Assembly (NCBI RefSeq): GCF_004765795.1
Contig: NZ_SBIV01000002.1
Location: 434,001-498,000, forward strand
Reading direction: 5' to 3'
Length of the DNA: 64,000 nucleotides
From: Halorussus marinus
GTDB taxonomy: Archaea > Halobacteriota > Halobacteria > Halobacteriales > Haladaptataceae
The notes under the pieces: generated by a model
Told to the model about the DNA's origin: nothing
Databases searched by the model: none
What the model saw: only the letters and a program-made list of their open reading frames with translations
Part shown: piece by piece, positions 9,113 through 19,817 of the stretch
Position numbering within the stretch: position 1 is the first letter of the stretch
Layout of the letters: each line of letters begins with the position of its first letter
Translations under genes and position numbers: made by a program

Positions 9113-10483
9113 ATGACGGATGGACAAATGGAAGCCGGCGACGAATCGGGGCTGACAGAGGCCGAACGGGACGTACTCGACGAGATCGAAGCGGAGAACG
9201 TGGACTTCGTGCGCCTGCAGTTCACGGACATCACCGGGACGGTCAAGAACGTGAGCGTGCCCGCCTCGCAGGTCGAGAAGGCCTTCGACGAGGGCATCTG
9301 GTTCGACGGTTCCTCGATCGAGGGGTTCGTCCGGATCCAAGAGAGCGACATGCGTCTCGAACCCGACCCCGAGACGTTCCAGATCCTGCCGTGGCGTTCG
9401 AACGGCGAGACCGCGAGCGCTCGGCTGATCTGCGACGTGGTCAACACCGACGGGACGCCGTTCGAGGGCGGCCCGCGCCAGGTGCTAAAGAGCGTCCTCG
9501 CGGAGGCCGAGGAGATGGGCTACAGCGTCTCGATCGGCCCCGAGCCCGAGTTCTTCCTGTTCGAGAAGGACGAGGACGGGAACGCGACGACCGAGCCCCA
9601 CGACGCCGGCGGGTACTTCGACCTCGCGCCCAAGGACCTCGCGAGCGACGTCCGCCGCGAGATCATCTTCACCCTCGAACAGATGGGTTTCGAGATCGAG
9701 GCCAGCCACCACGAGGTCGCAGAGGGTCAACACGAGATCAACTTCAAGTACGACGACGCGCTCGGCACGGCCGACAACATCGCGACGTTCCGCGCGGTCG
9801 TCCGGGCGGTCGCCGAGCAGAACGACCTCCACGCGACGTTCATGCCCAAGCCGATCGGCGAGATCAACGGTTCGGGCATGCACAGCCACATCAGCCTCTT
9901 CGACGAGGACGGCAACGCCTTCGCCGACGAGGACGACGAGTTCAACCTCAGCGAGACCGCCTACAAGTTCATGGGCGGCGTGCTGAACCACGCCCAGGCG
10001 TTCACCGCGGTCACCAACCCGACGGTCAACTCCTACAAGCGCCTCGTCCCCGGCTACGAGGCGCCGGTGTACGTCGCGTGGAGCGACGTGAACCGCTCGG
10101 CGCTCATCCGGGTTCCCGACGCCGCGGGCGCCAGTTCGCGGTTCGAGATCCGGAGCCCCGACCCGTCGTGTAACCCCTACCTCGCGCTGGCGGCGGTCAT
10201 CAAGGCCGGACTCGCCGGCATCGAGAACGACGCCGACCCCGGCGAGCCGGTTCGGGAAGACATCTACGAGTTCGACGAGGCAAAACGCGACGAGTACGGC
10301 ATCACCACCCTGCCGGGGAGTCTCGGGCAGGCGCTCGACGAACTCGAAGACGATCCGGTCATCGAGGCGGCGCTGGGCGACCACGTCACCGAGAAGTTCC
10401 TCCAGGCCAAGCGGACGGACTTCGCCGACTACAAGGCCCACGTCTCCTCGTGGGAGAAAGAGAAGTACCTCGAGAAGTTCTAG
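9113..10483 (+). CDS. glnA: Glutamine synthetase type I
   Basis: [32 protein letters not shown]...[28 protein letters not shown]. Confidence 0.98.
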   Translation: MTDGQMEAGDESGLTEAERDVLDEIEAENVDFVRLQFTDITGTVKNVSVPASQVEKAFDEGIWFDGSSIEGFVRIQESDMRLEPDPETFQILPWRSNGETASARLICDVVNTDGTPFEGGPRQVLKSVLAEAEEMGYSVSIGPEPEFFLFEKDEDGNATTEPHDAGGYFDLAPKDLASDVRREIIFTLEQMGFEIEASHHEVAEGQHEINFKYDDALGTADNIATFRAVVRAVAEQNDLHATFMPKPIGEINGSGMHSHISLFDEDGNAFADEDDEFNLSETAYKFMGGVLNHAQAFTAVTNPTVNSYKRLVPGYEAPVYVAWSDVNRSALIRVPDAAGASSRFEIRSPDPSCNPYLALAAVIKAGLAGIENDADPGEPVREDIYEFDEAKRDEYGITTLPGSLGQALDELEDDPVIEAALGDHVTEKFLQAKRTDFADYKAHVSSWEKEKYLEKF

Positions 10484-11307
10484 GTCGGCGTCTCGCCGCT
10501 CGCTCTTTTCACGCGCTCGACCGCCACCGGGAGCAACAGGATCACCGGCGGCACCACCAGATTCAACACGAACACCGCCGCCAGCGACGCCGACAGGGAG
10601 TTGCCGGCGTAGCCGAGCGCGCCCAGCCCCGCGAGCGTCGCGAGCGCGACGCCGGGGCCGACCCGGCCGCGCGAGGCCACGCCGAACGCCGACCACGCCG
10701 CGGTCGCGCCGAGGACGCCCGCGACGATGGCGACGGCGTCGGGGGTGAGCCCGTTGGTCGCCAGCGCCCCCGCGGCGACCGCCGACGCGACCGCGAACCC
10801 CCGTCCGGGCTCCCAGTCGGTCGCCCGGACGAGCAGGCCGAGGTACGCCAGTCCGACCGCGACGCCGACGACGACGTCGACCGTGTAGTGGACGCCGATG
10901 ACCACCCGAGAGGTCGCGACCACGGCGACCGCGGCCCCGGCGACGAGGAGCCGCTGGGCCCGGGTCCCGCGGTCGAGCACGAGCGCGAGTACCACCCACA
11001 GCACCGACGAGCCGACGGCGTGGCCGCTCGGGAAGCCGTAGCTGTCGGCGTGGCCGACGTGGAGTTCGGCCGGCGGGCGGGGCAGGCCGAACAGCCCCTT
11101 GAGCGCGACCGTCAACGCGAGCGCGCCCAGCACCGCCGCGAGCACGAACGCTCCGCGGTCGCGGTCCTCGTACCAGTAGACGAGCGCGGTCGCGACGAAG
11201 ATGAACCACGCGTCCCCGAGCTGGGTCAGGACGACGAACGCCTCCCGGATCACCTGCGGGAGCGCCTCCGCGAGCGCGTCGACGACTCCGAGTCCGCGTC
11301 CGTTCAT
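10480..11307 (-). CDS. PAP2 family membrane phosphatase
   Basis: [16 protein letters not shown] and SRVVIGVHY motifs; multiple TM segments. Confidence 0.92.
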   Translation of the reverse strand: MNGRGLGVVDALAEALPQVIREAFVVLTQLGDAWFIFVATALVYWYEDRDRGAFVLAAVLGALALTVALKGLFGLPRPPAELHVGHADSYGFPSGHAVGSSVLWVVLALVLDRGTRAQRLLVAGAAVAVVATSRVVIGVHYTVDVVVGVAVGLAYLGLLVRATDWEPGRGFAVASAVAAGALATNGLTPDAVAIVAGVLGATAAWSAFGVASRGRVGPGVALATLAGLGALGYAGNSLSASLAAVFVLNLVVPPVILLLPVAVERVKRASGETPT

Positions 11308-11341
11308 TCGGACGAAGTTCGACGCCCCGGAGAGTTATACC

Positions 11342-12580
11342 CTACGACCGGATGTCCCCGATTCGGTCGGCGATGCGCTTGGGGAGCCCGAGCGCGCCGA
11401 TCCCGAACCCGAACAGCACCATCAGGACGTACAGTCCGAGCGTCGAGAGCCACACCACCAGCATCGCGGCGATGGCCCACCCGCCGGTCAGTTCGAGGAA
11501 CGCGGCGACGGTCATCGCGGTCCCGTACAGCAACACGAGGTACGGCCCCCAGCCCCGAGCGCGGCCCCGGCGGAGCTGGGACCGGACGTACTGTTTGAGT
11601 TCGGACTCGACCTCCGGCTTCTCGACCGTCCGGGCCTCGATGTCCTCTTCGAACGATTCGACGTCGGCGCGCAGCTCCCGGAGCTCCTCGCGGAGCTCGA
11701 CGATGTCGGGAGCGGACTCGTCGTCTGTCATGTATTGGGCGAGTAACTCCTGTTTGCGTTCGAGCCGGCTGTCCTCCTCGTCTTCGATGCGCTCGGCGTA
11801 GCTGCCCCGCTCGGCGAGCACGGTGTTGACCACCGCCCCGAGGAGCAAGACGATGCTCCCGAAGTACAGCCACGTCACCAGCAGGATGGCGGTGCCGAGA
11901 AACTGCGACGGGCTGGTCGAGCTGACCCCCGCGTAGACCCGAAACAGCACCTGCAGGACCGTCCAGCCGACGGTCGCGACCACCGCGCCGGGAAGCGCCT
12001 CCCGGACCGACACGCCGTCGTCCGGGAAGACGACGTACAGCGGAAGGAAGACTGGGACCAGCGCGACCAGTTGGATCAGCGTCGACAGGAGGTCGACGAA
12101 CGGAAACGCCGGGAACAGCGCGGTCGCGGCGCCGGTCAACACGACGACGACGACCGCGAGGCCGATGGCGACCAGCACGATCACGGCGTCTTTGAGTTGG
12201 TCGAGGAGACCGGACGAAGAGACCGTCGCGTAGATGTTCGAGAACGCCGTATCGAGCCCGCGAAACACCTTGAGAGTACTCCATCCCAGCACGAGCAGTC
12301 CGATGAGCGTCGTCCCGCTCCCGCCGGCGGGGTTGAGGACGAACTCCCGGAGCTGGGCCTGACCGGTCGCGGTCAACAGCCCGGAGGCCTGCGTGACGAC
12401 GCGCTCGGCGAACGCCTCGCCCGCCACGAACGACGTGACGACGAACGCGAGCAACAGCGCGGGGATGAGCGAGACGAACGCGTAGTAGGCGAGGCTCGCC
12501 GCCAGAAACGTGATCTCCTGCTCTCGGGCCTCCTCGACGACCGAGCGACCGACTGACACGACAGTTCCGAGACTGGGCAC
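11342..12580 (-). CDS. YihY/BrkB family membrane protein with C-terminal coiled-coil and 2-TM extension
   Basis: TFLAASLAYYAFVSLIP, FRGLDTAF and WLYFGSIVLLLGA motifs; GTG start chosen from TATA spacing (12598 is possible). Confidence 0.85.
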   Translation of the reverse strand: MPSLGTVVSVGRSVVEEAREQEITFLAASLAYYAFVSLIPALLLAFVVTSFVAGEAFAERVVTQASGLLTATGQAQLREFVLNPAGGSGTTLIGLLVLGWSTLKVFRGLDTAFSNIYATVSSSGLLDQLKDAVIVLVAIGLAVVVVVLTGAATALFPAFPFVDLLSTLIQLVALVPVFLPLYVVFPDDGVSVREALPGAVVATVGWTVLQVLFRVYAGVSSTSPSQFLGTAILLVTWLYFGSIVLLLGAVVNTVLAERGSYAERIEDEEDSRLERKQELLAQYMTDDESAPDIVELREELRELRADVESFEEDIEARTVEKPEVESELKQYVRSQLRRGRARGWGPYLVLLYGTAMTVAAFLELTGGWAIAAMLVVWLSTLGLYVLMVLFGFGIGALGLPKRIADRIGDIRS

Positions 12581-12650
12581 GCGACTTATTTCGCTCACCG
12601 GATACAAATATTCATTGGCACTTCCCGCGAGTCGGAGGCCGACCGTCGGA

Positions 12651-13760
12651 TCACTCCGGGCGGGTCGCCTCGCGGATCTCGGTGACCGTCGCGGGCGTCT
12701 TGAACGTCGTCCCGCCGTAGTGGGCGCCCGAGGCCACAAAGCCCGCCGCCCGGAGCCGGTCGAGGAACGTCTCCATCTTCGCGGCCGACCGAGTCCACTC
12801 CTTGCAGAGCCGGTGTTGGTCGTAGTGGGTCGGCTCGTGGAGTTCGGCTTCGAGGTCGTCGAGCAGTCGCCGCGCCCGGGTCGCGGTCCCCATGTCGTCG
12901 GTCACCGCCTCGCGGACCGCGGCCACGAAGTCGGCGTCGTGGGTGGGGCCGAGCCACACCGGCCCGGCGGTCAGGAGTCGCTCGCCGCCACACGCCGGAC
13001 AGACGTCGAGCGGGTCGGCGACGAGGCCCGTCTCGTGCTCGCGGTAGAGGCAGTCCTCGCAGTGGTAGACGTGACCCAGTTGGTCGATCGCCGCGTTGGC
13101 GTCGGTCGCGCTGTGGTCGAGTTCGAGGTACGTCCGAACGTAGTGGTTGGTGGCGTGGGTGAGGATGGGCGTCACGCCCGCGTCGTACCGGGCGGCGGTG
13201 CGGGCGAGCGCCGACAGCAGGATCCGGACGCCCATCTCGGCGTGGTAGTCGGTGTTCCGGGGGACCGCACTGTACTTGCGGACCCCGCTCTCGAAGTGGG
13301 CGCCACAGAGCGGCGCGGTGTCGGTCGCGGTCACGCAGACCAGATCGCGGGTGTTGGCGAACGCGGCGTCGGCGAACGGCATCGGCGTCCCGAACGGGTC
13401 GATGTCGACCACGTCGAACACCGAGTCGTGGAGCACGACGTTGGCGTCGCCGTGGACCACCTCGGCGTCGAGTCCGTTGCGCTCGAGATTCCGCCGACAG
13501 AGGTCGACCGCGTCGGCGTCGATGTCGGCGAGCGTGGCGGTCCAGCCCTCGGCGGCCGCCCGGACGCCCCGGACCCCGCTGGCCGCCATCGCGTCGAGGT
13601 ACGACTCGGCGCGCGGTTCCCGGTCGCGGTAGGCCCGCAGGGTCGCCACGGTCAGATCGCGGTTCAGCTCCTGGACGGGGTTGAAAAACACCTCGTCGCC
13701 GATCCCCTCCTCGCCCTGTTCGGGGACCTCGACCTCGACCCCGCCCTCGGTCACGTTCAT
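12651..13760 (-). CDS. trm1: tRNA (guanine-26,N2)-dimethyltransferase
   Basis: [37 protein letters not shown] and a Zn-finger insert. Confidence 0.97.
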   Translation of the reverse strand: MNVTEGGVEVEVPEQGEEGIGDEVFFNPVQELNRDLTVATLRAYRDREPRAESYLDAMAASGVRGVRAAAEGWTATLADIDADAVDLCRRNLERNGLDAEVVHGDANVVLHDSVFDVVDIDPFGTPMPFADAAFANTRDLVCVTATDTAPLCGAHFESGVRKYSAVPRNTDYHAEMGVRILLSALARTAARYDAGVTPILTHATNHYVRTYLELDHSATDANAAIDQLGHVYHCEDCLYREHETGLVADPLDVCPACGGERLLTAGPVWLGPTHDADFVAAVREAVTDDMGTATRARRLLDDLEAELHEPTHYDQHRLCKEWTRSAAKMETFLDRLRAAGFVASGAHYGGTTFKTPATVTEIREATRPE

Positions 13761-13848
13761 GATGCGGACTCGGGGCTCCCGGGCGAAAAACGGTGCGGGT
13801 TCCGCAGGCGACAGAAGATTGATACGAGTCGCGGACGCACGTCCGCGT

Positions 13849-14064
13849 ATGGTCCCCGAATCAGACGACCGCGGCTGTCCGAAGTGCGACCACACCGAGA
13901 CGGAGGTCGGCACCATCTCGACGACCGGCGGCGGCCTCTCGAAGATGTTCGACATCCAGACGAACAGCTTCAAAGTGGTGTCGTGTACGAACTGCGGCTA
14001 CTCGGAGCTCTACCGGGACACGACGTCCGGGTCGAGCGACATCGTCGACGTGTTCCTCGGATGA
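13849..14064 (+). CDS. Small zinc-ribbon protein (71 aa)
   Basis: CPKC...SKMFDIQ...[10 protein letters not shown]...DVFLG. Confidence 0.88.
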   Translation: MVPESDDRGCPKCDHTETEVGTISTTGGGLSKMFDIQTNSFKVVSCTNCGYSELYRDTTSGSSDIVDVFLG

Positions 14065-14222
14065 CGGCCGTCGGAGCGTCGTTGCTCGTCGTCGTCGCGC
14101 TCGCGGTCGGCGCCCCGCTCGCGCTCTACGCGCTGGTTCGGGCCGAGCGCGGCGAGCGCGAACGCATGGACCGCGAGGACGCAGAGCGGGTCGCCCGCCG
14201 CGACACCCGCGACCGGAAGTGA
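14061..14222 (+). CDS. Small single-TM protein (53 aa)
   Basis: ATGA overlap with the upstream gene; hydrophobic N-terminus and charged tail. Confidence 0.7.
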   Translation: MTAVGASLLVVVALAVGAPLALYALVRAERGERERMDREDAERVARRDTRDRK

Positions 14223-14337
14223 CCCCGGGCGTCGCGACACCGGAATCTGTTTAGGCCCGCCGTTCGAACCCTGCAGGCGTGCTCCCGGCTCCCAGCGTCG
14301 AGCGCGACCGCTCGCCCCCGCTCGGGCGGTGGTCGCC

Positions 14338-14685
14338 GTGAACGCGGTCGAACGGTGGCAGACCGACCTCGCCGAGGCCGGGACGCTCGAACCCGGCGTC
14401 ACCGACCGCATCCTCTCGGTCCACGGCGACCGCGGCGCCCGAGCCATCGAGGCCGTCTCGGAGGGCCGGGTCAAAGAGTACCGGGACTTCACCGTCGTGG
14501 TCGGCCACGACGACGAGTACGTCGTCGAGGGACAGGGGTGTGGCTGTCGGGACAGCGAGTACAACCTCGACCCAGGGGACCCGACCGAACTCTGCTGGCA
14601 CGTCATCGCGGTCGCTATCGCCGAGCGGGTCGGCGAGGTCGACGCCCACGACATGTGGTACTCCGACGTGCGGGACTTCCTCTAG
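14338..14685 (+). CDS. SWIM zinc-finger protein
   Basis: CGCRD...CWH SWIM motif; GTG start approximate. Confidence 0.85.
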   Translation: MNAVERWQTDLAEAGTLEPGVTDRILSVHGDRGARAIEAVSEGRVKEYRDFTVVVGHDDEYVVEGQGCGCRDSEYNLDPGDPTELCWHVIAVAIAERVGEVDAHDMWYSDVRDFL

Positions 14686-15350
14686 TCGTCGGCGCAGATG
14701 TCGACGAAGTTCCGGAGGATCGTCAGCCCGGTCTCGCCGCTCTTCTCGGGGTGGAACTGCGTCCCGAAGACGGTGCCCGACTCGTCGGCGACGATCGCTG
14801 GGAACTGGATCTCGTAGTCGGTGGTCGCGACCACCGCGTTCTCGTCGTCGGGCTCGGCGTAGTACGAGTGGACGAAGTAGGCGTACTCGCCGTCGACGCC
14901 GTCGACCAGCGGGTGGTCGCGCCGGACCGAGAGCTGATTCCACCCCATGTGGGGGACCTTCTGGCCCTCGGCGAACCGGACGTTGGTTCCGGGGACGAAA
15001 TCGAGCCCTCGGACGTCGCCCTCGCCGGCGCGCTCGGCCTCCTCGCTGGTCGTGAGTAGCATCTGCATCCCGAGGCAGATGCCGAACACGGGCGTGCCGG
15101 TCTCGGCGACCTCGCGGAGCGGCTCGCGGTACGGGCCGGCGTTCTCGACGCCCTCCCGGAACGCGCCGACTCCCGGTAAGACGACGCCGTCGGCCGACTC
15201 GAACGCCGCGGGATCGTCGCTGATCTCGACGCTCGCGCCGGCCCGCTCGAGGCCGCGGGTGACGCTCCGGAGGTTCCCCAGTCCGTAGTCGACGACGACG
15301 ACCGACGCGAGGTCGCCGCGCTCTCGGTCGCGGGCGCGCTGCGTACTCAT
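14682..15350 (-). CDS. hisH: Imidazole glycerol phosphate synthase glutaminase subunit
   Basis: DYGLGNLRSV, LPGVGAF, GICLGMQ, PHMGWN, YFVHSY, QFHPEKS. Confidence 0.97.
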   Translation of the reverse strand: MSTQRARDRERGDLASVVVVDYGLGNLRSVTRGLERAGASVEISDDPAAFESADGVVLPGVGAFREGVENAGPYREPLREVAETGTPVFGICLGMQMLLTTSEEAERAGEGDVRGLDFVPGTNVRFAEGQKVPHMGWNQLSVRRDHPLVDGVDGEYAYFVHSYYAEPDDENAVVATTDYEIQFPAIVADESGTVFGTQFHPEKSGETGLTILRNFVDICADD

Positions 15351-15460
15351 GGTCGAACGTGGGCGCGGCGCGGCCAAGTTCCTTTCCCTTGGCCGGCCGT
15401 CGCCGTGCCGGTCGGCGCGCGGAGCCCCGGCCTCCTCGCGATCGAGCCCGGAATTCGACG

Positions 15461-15516
15461 ATAGATATATAGAAAAAATAGGAAGATTTAACCGACATCT
15501 GTCTGAGGATTCAGAC
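15461..15516 (+). promoter_or_regulatory. phnD promoter: AT-rich upstream box, TATA and palindrome GTCTGA-GGAT-TCAGAC
   Basis: ATAGATATATAGAAAAAATA at 15461-15480, TTTAA at 15487-15491, palindrome at 15501-15516. Confidence 0.45.
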
Positions 15517-15525
15517 GACTCACCC

Positions 15526-16482
15526 ATGGAACGGCGTACATTCCTCACGTCGACGGCTGCGGTCGGAACGCTCGGCCTCACGGCCGGTTGTATCGGAAAC
15601 CTCTCGGGCGGTGGCAACAGCGAGACAGTCAACTTCATCCTGTCGCCAGCCGAGTCCGACGTCGACGTCCAACAGCAGTACGAGCCGCTTTTCACCCACC
15701 TCGAAGAGGAGGCGGGCGTGACGATCGAGTCCAACGTAGCGAAAGACTACGCCGCGGTGCTTCAGGCGCTCGACAGCGGACAGGCCGATATCGCCGACGC
15801 CGCGCCCGCGGTCGCGATCGAGGGCGACAATCAGGGCTCGACCGACGTGATGGGCATCCGAGTCGCGTACGGCGCCGCCAAGTACTTCTCGTTCATCACC
15901 ACGCTCGCGGACAACGACATCGAGTCGCTCGAAGACCTCGAAGGCGAGACCATCGCGTTCGCGGACTCGCTGTCGACGAGCGGTTCGCTGTTCCCGCTGT
16001 ACATGCTCAGTCAGGCGGGCCTCGACGTGGGCGACGCCCCGCAGGGCGACCCCGTCGACTTCAAAGGCCAGTGGTCCGACCACTCGACCGCACGGGAGAC
16101 GCTCGTCAACCGCGATCCCGTGATGGCCGCCGGCACCGGCGCGTTCTCGACGATCACCCACGTCCCCAAGAGCCAGCTCCCCGACCGCGTGAAAAAGTAC
16201 AACCCCAGCGTCGAGGACGCCGGCAGCGAGGACCCCCAGCTGGACCTGCTGCAGGCGTCCGATCCGATCCCGCGCGCGCCGATTCTGGTCCGACGCGACT
16301 GGGAGGCAGACGCCCGCGACGGCGTTCGGGAGGCGCTGTTGAACGCCGAAGAGAGCGACCTCGTCGACGAGAACGCCGAGGAGGAACTCTGGTTCACCGG
16401 CGTCAACGAAGGCTCCGTGAGCGACTACGAGCCCGTTCAGAAAGTCATCGACGAACTGGGCCTCGAACTCGGTCAGGTCTAA
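15526..16482 (+). CDS. phnD: Phosphate/phosphite/phosphonate ABC substrate-binding Tat lipoprotein
   Basis: MERRTFL twin-Arg, TAGC lipobox, AFADSLSTSGSLFP (PhnD STSG motif). Confidence 0.88.
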   Translation: MERRTFLTSTAAVGTLGLTAGCIGNLSGGGNSETVNFILSPAESDVDVQQQYEPLFTHLEEEAGVTIESNVAKDYAAVLQALDSGQADIADAAPAVAIEGDNQGSTDVMGIRVAYGAAKYFSFITTLADNDIESLEDLEGETIAFADSLSTSGSLFPLYMLSQAGLDVGDAPQGDPVDFKGQWSDHSTARETLVNRDPVMAAGTGAFSTITHVPKSQLPDRVKKYNPSVEDAGSEDPQLDLLQASDPIPRAPILVRRDWEADARDGVREALLNAEESDLVDENAEEELWFTGVNEGSVSDYEPVQKVIDELGLELGQV

Positions 16483-16578
16483 ACTCACACTCGATCGCAT
16501 TGTTTTAGACCCAGTACTCTCCCATTAGAGATAGGCGGACTCGGACGGGACCGGCCCGTACCGAACAGAGACCTAAGC

Positions 16579-17334
16579 ATGAGCACGATCACAGTCGAGA
16601 ATCTCACCAAGACCTACGGCGACGTGGAAGCGCTCGTCGACATCTCCTTCGAGATCCCGGACGGCGAGTTCGTCGTCCTGCTCGGGGAGTCGGGAGCCGG
16701 TAAGTCGACGCTGCTTCGCTGTCTGAACGGCCTGACCTCGCCGACCGAGGGGACGATCAGCATCGGCGACGAAGAGATAACCGGGCCGCGAGACGACGTG
16801 GCGATGATCTTCCAGCAACACTACATCATCGGCCAGATGAGCGCGTACGGCAACGCGCTCACCGGGTCGCTCAACCGGACGCCGTTCCTCCGGAGCCTGC
16901 TCCAGCGCAACGACCGCGCGGACAAGATCGAGGCGCTGAACGCGCTCGACACCGTCGGCCTCCTCGACGAGGCCGGCCAGCGCGCCGAGCGGATGAGCGG
17001 CGGCCAGCAACAGCGGGTCGGCATCGCGCGGGCGCTCGTCCAACAGCCCAGCCTCCTGCTGGCCGACGAGCCCGTCGCGAGCCTCGACCCCGCGAGCGCC
17101 GAGACGGTGATGGGGTACATCCGGGACGCGGCCAAGAGCCGCAACCTGACGACCATCGCCAGCCTCCATCAGGTGAACCTCGCCCGGGAGTTCGGCGAGC
17201 GGTTCGTCGGCCTGAAGGACGGCGAACTCGTCTTCGACGGCTACCGCGAGGACCTCACCGTCGACGTCATCGACCGCATCTACGGCAACATCGAGACCAG
17301 TTCGATCCGAAACGAGCGGGAGGCGAACGCATGA
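16579..17334 (+). CDS. phnC: Phosphonate ABC transporter ATP-binding protein
   Basis: GESGAGKST, MSGGQQQRVGIARAL, LADEPVASLDP, SLHQV. Confidence 0.92.
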   Translation: MSTITVENLTKTYGDVEALVDISFEIPDGEFVVLLGESGAGKSTLLRCLNGLTSPTEGTISIGDEEITGPRDDVAMIFQQHYIIGQMSAYGNALTGSLNRTPFLRSLLQRNDRADKIEALNALDTVGLLDEAGQRAERMSGGQQQRVGIARALVQQPSLLLADEPVASLDPASAETVMGYIRDAAKSRNLTTIASLHQVNLAREFGERFVGLKDGELVFDGYREDLTVDVIDRIYGNIETSSIRNEREANA

Positions 17335-18284
17335 GCGTCGACACCGACGACGTCAGCGACCGGGTCACCGAGCGGCTCGGCGACCTCAAGCGGATGAAGC
17401 GCATCCGGCGGTTCGGGATGCTCCTCGTCGTGGCGCTGGTCGGCGTGCTGTTCAATCTGGCGCTCGATCAGGTCGGGTTCTCTATCGGCGAGATCATCTA
17501 CTACTGGCCCTCGTTCCGGGAGGCGCTCGGGCAGTTCTTCCCGACGACGACGTACGTCGGCGGGCTCGTCTTCCTCGATTTCGACGCCTACTGGGCGTTC
17601 ATCGTCGAGCGGGGGCTGTTCGGCAAGGCGATCATCACCCTCTCGATGGGCTTTGCGGGCACGCTACTCGGGCTCCCCGGAGCGTTGCTCCTGGGCGTGC
17701 TCGGTAGCGAGCGCGTGACGCCGTTCCCGTTCAACTTCATCTTCCGCGGGATGATGAGCACCATCCGCGCGATCCCGGCGCTGGTGTGGGCGCTCATCTA
17801 CATCCCGCTCGGGGGCGTCACCCCGTTCACCGCGACCCTCGCGATCGGCACCGACACGATGGGCAACCTCGGGCGCCTGTTCACCGACGCGCTCGAAGAG
17901 GTCGAGACCGGGCCGATCGAGGCGATCGAGTCCACCGGCGCCGACCGCCGACAGACGATCGTCTTCGGCATGCTGAGTCAGGTCGTGACGCCGTTCATCG
18001 CGTGGACGATGTACATCCTCGAGATCAACGTCCGGATCGCGGTCACGATGGGGCTGATCGGCGGCGGCGGTCTGGGGTACGTCCTCTCGACCGAACGCGG
18101 GCTGTTCCACTACACCAACATGATGGCGACCATCCTCGTCATCCTCGTGTTGGTCATCAGCGTCGAGATGATCAGCCAGCGCACCCGGTCGTACATCCGG
18201 GCCGACGACGACGCCGAGACCAAGGGACTGCTCCAGCTACTGACGGAGTTCCCCCAGCGGATGGCCGAGTCGATGTGGCGGTAG
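17331..18284 (+). CDS. phnE: Phosphonate ABC transporter permease
   Basis: RAIPALVWAL, EAIESTGA, LEINVR...GLIGGGGLG; ATGA overlap with phnC. Confidence 0.92.
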   Translation: MSVDTDDVSDRVTERLGDLKRMKRIRRFGMLLVVALVGVLFNLALDQVGFSIGEIIYYWPSFREALGQFFPTTTYVGGLVFLDFDAYWAFIVERGLFGKAIITLSMGFAGTLLGLPGALLLGVLGSERVTPFPFNFIFRGMMSTIRAIPALVWALIYIPLGGVTPFTATLAIGTDTMGNLGRLFTDALEEVETGPIEAIESTGADRRQTIVFGMLSQVVTPFIAWTMYILEINVRIAVTMGLIGGGGLGYVLSTERGLFHYTNMMATILVILVLVISVEMISQRTRSYIRADDDAETKGLLQLLTEFPQRMAESMWR

Positions 18285-18337
18285 AGTCGGCAACTCGCCC
18301 CGTCGGCGGCGCGGGTTCGACCCTCGTTTTCGGGCTC

Positions 18338-18931
18338 TCAGAAGTCGCCGAGTTGCGACTGGCCGCCGGCTCCCCCGTCGCCCGCCATCGCGGCGGCCTT
18401 CTCGAGTGCGGCGTCGAGGGTCTCCTCCTGACTCCGGTCGTACAGCGTCGCGGCGGGGTGGACGCAGATCAGCACGTCCCGATCGGCGCCCCCGAGCGTC
18501 GCCCGCTCGATCGTGCCGGCCTCGCTGGTGACCGCCACGTCCCGTTCGAGCAGGTGCTCGCTGGGCACCTTCCCGAGCGCGACCACCACGTCGGGGTCGA
18601 TCAGTTCGATCTCGGCTTCGAGGTACCCCCGACAGTTTTCGAGTTCCTCGCCGGTGGGGTCGCGGTTCTCGGGCGGGCGACACCGCACGCAGTTGGTGAT
18701 CCGGACGTCGGCCCGCGCTAGCCCCTTCTCGCGGAGCGTGTCGTCGAGGATCGTCCCGCTCCGGCCGACGAACGGCTCGCCATCTCTGTCTTCCTGCTCG
18801 CCCGGCCCCTCGCCGACGAACAGCACGTCGGCGTCCGCGGGGCCGGTCCCGTTGACGATGCGACTCCGGGACTCGACCAGCGCCGGACAGTTCGTACACG
18901 CGGTCACGTCGAGTCCGTCCATGTCTCCCAT
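18338..18931 (-). CDS. udg: Uracil-DNA glycosylase family 4 (Fe-S)
   Basis: CTNCPAL, VGEGPG, PFVGRSG, TNCVRCRPPENR, HPAA; start 18931 or 18922. Confidence 0.95.
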   Translation of the reverse strand: MGDMDGLDVTACTNCPALVESRSRIVNGTGPADADVLFVGEGPGEQEDRDGEPFVGRSGTILDDTLREKGLARADVRITNCVRCRPPENRDPTGEELENCRGYLEAEIELIDPDVVVALGKVPSEHLLERDVAVTSEAGTIERATLGGADRDVLICVHPAATLYDRSQEETLDAALEKAAAMAGDGGAGGQSQLGDF

Positions 18932-18983
18932 GAGCGGGGACACGGGCCGGGGATAGTAAGTGTCGGTGGCCTGCGGTCGGCCG

Positions 18984-19541
18984 TCACTCCGCCCGGCGGA
19001 GGTCGTCGCCGGCCCGGGCCGCGAGCCGGGCCACCCGGAGCGGTTCGGGTCGGCCGCCCTCGGGCGTGAACGCCCGGACGAGGTCGCGGGCGGCCCCGGC
19101 GTCGAGACCGACCGACCGGACGAACACGGTCTGGTCGTTGACCGCGAGGCGCTCGCGGGGCGGCTGAGCCTCTAAGATTGCGAGTCGGCGGTCGAGCGCC
19201 TCGCCGTCGAACTCGGCGGCCAGCGCCTCGCGGAGCCCCGGACTCGCCTCGAAGGTGACCGAGACGACCGGGCGGTCGACGGCGTCGGCGAGCCGCCGGA
19301 GGTCGACGACGTTGTACCACGCCAGCGCGATCCCCGCGACGAAGACGTATCTCGCGTCCTCGCGGTCGAGTCGGTCGAAAAGGTCGATAACTGCGTCGGT
19401 GGCGTCGAGACCGCCCACGGTGGCGGTGGCGTAGGCGAACCCGTCCGCGACGCGGTCGGCGCGGACGACCGCGCCCGCGAGTGTGGTCTGTTCCGCCCGA
19501 TAGGATTCCGCGACGCCCAGCGCTCGAACGCCGGGTTTCAC
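18984..19541 (-). CDS. DUF99 family protein (endonuclease V-like fold)
   Basis: RALGVAES, VGGLDATD, YNVVD and PEPLRVARL motifs. Confidence 0.85.
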   Translation of the reverse strand: MKPGVRALGVAESYRAEQTTLAGAVVRADRVADGFAYATATVGGLDATDAVIDLFDRLDREDARYVFVAGIALAWYNVVDLRRLADAVDRPVVSVTFEASPGLREALAAEFDGEALDRRLAILEAQPPRERLAVNDQTVFVRSVGLDAGAARDLVRAFTPEGGRPEPLRVARLAARAGDDLRRAE

Positions 19542-19544
19542 CGG

Positions 19545-19733
19545 TCAGGCCTCGTTTTCCTCGTCTTTGATGTCTTTGAGACGGTCGATGAGTTCGTCGT
19601 TCGACGCGCCAATTTCGAAGTCCACGCTGCCTTCGTGGGAGTTTTCTTCGGTGTTGACGCCGCTGTCGTCGTCGAAATCAGAGTCGTACTCCTGATTGTC
19701 CTGTTCGGACTCGTCGTAGCTCCCAAATCCCAT
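19545..19733 (-). CDS. Small acidic haloarchaeal protein (DUF5786-like)
   Basis: MGFGSYDESEQ...HEGSVDFE...LIDRLKDIK. Confidence 0.85.
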   Translation of the reverse strand: MGFGSYDESEQDNQEYDSDFDDDSGVNTEENSHEGSVDFEIGASNDELIDRLKDIKDEENEA

Positions 19734-19817
19734 GGCTGATTGATACTACACGCTTGGGTCACTAAAGTCTCCCGCCCGCCCGTCAGGCTTTTGAGAGGAG
19801 GGCGTAAACAGTCCGCT

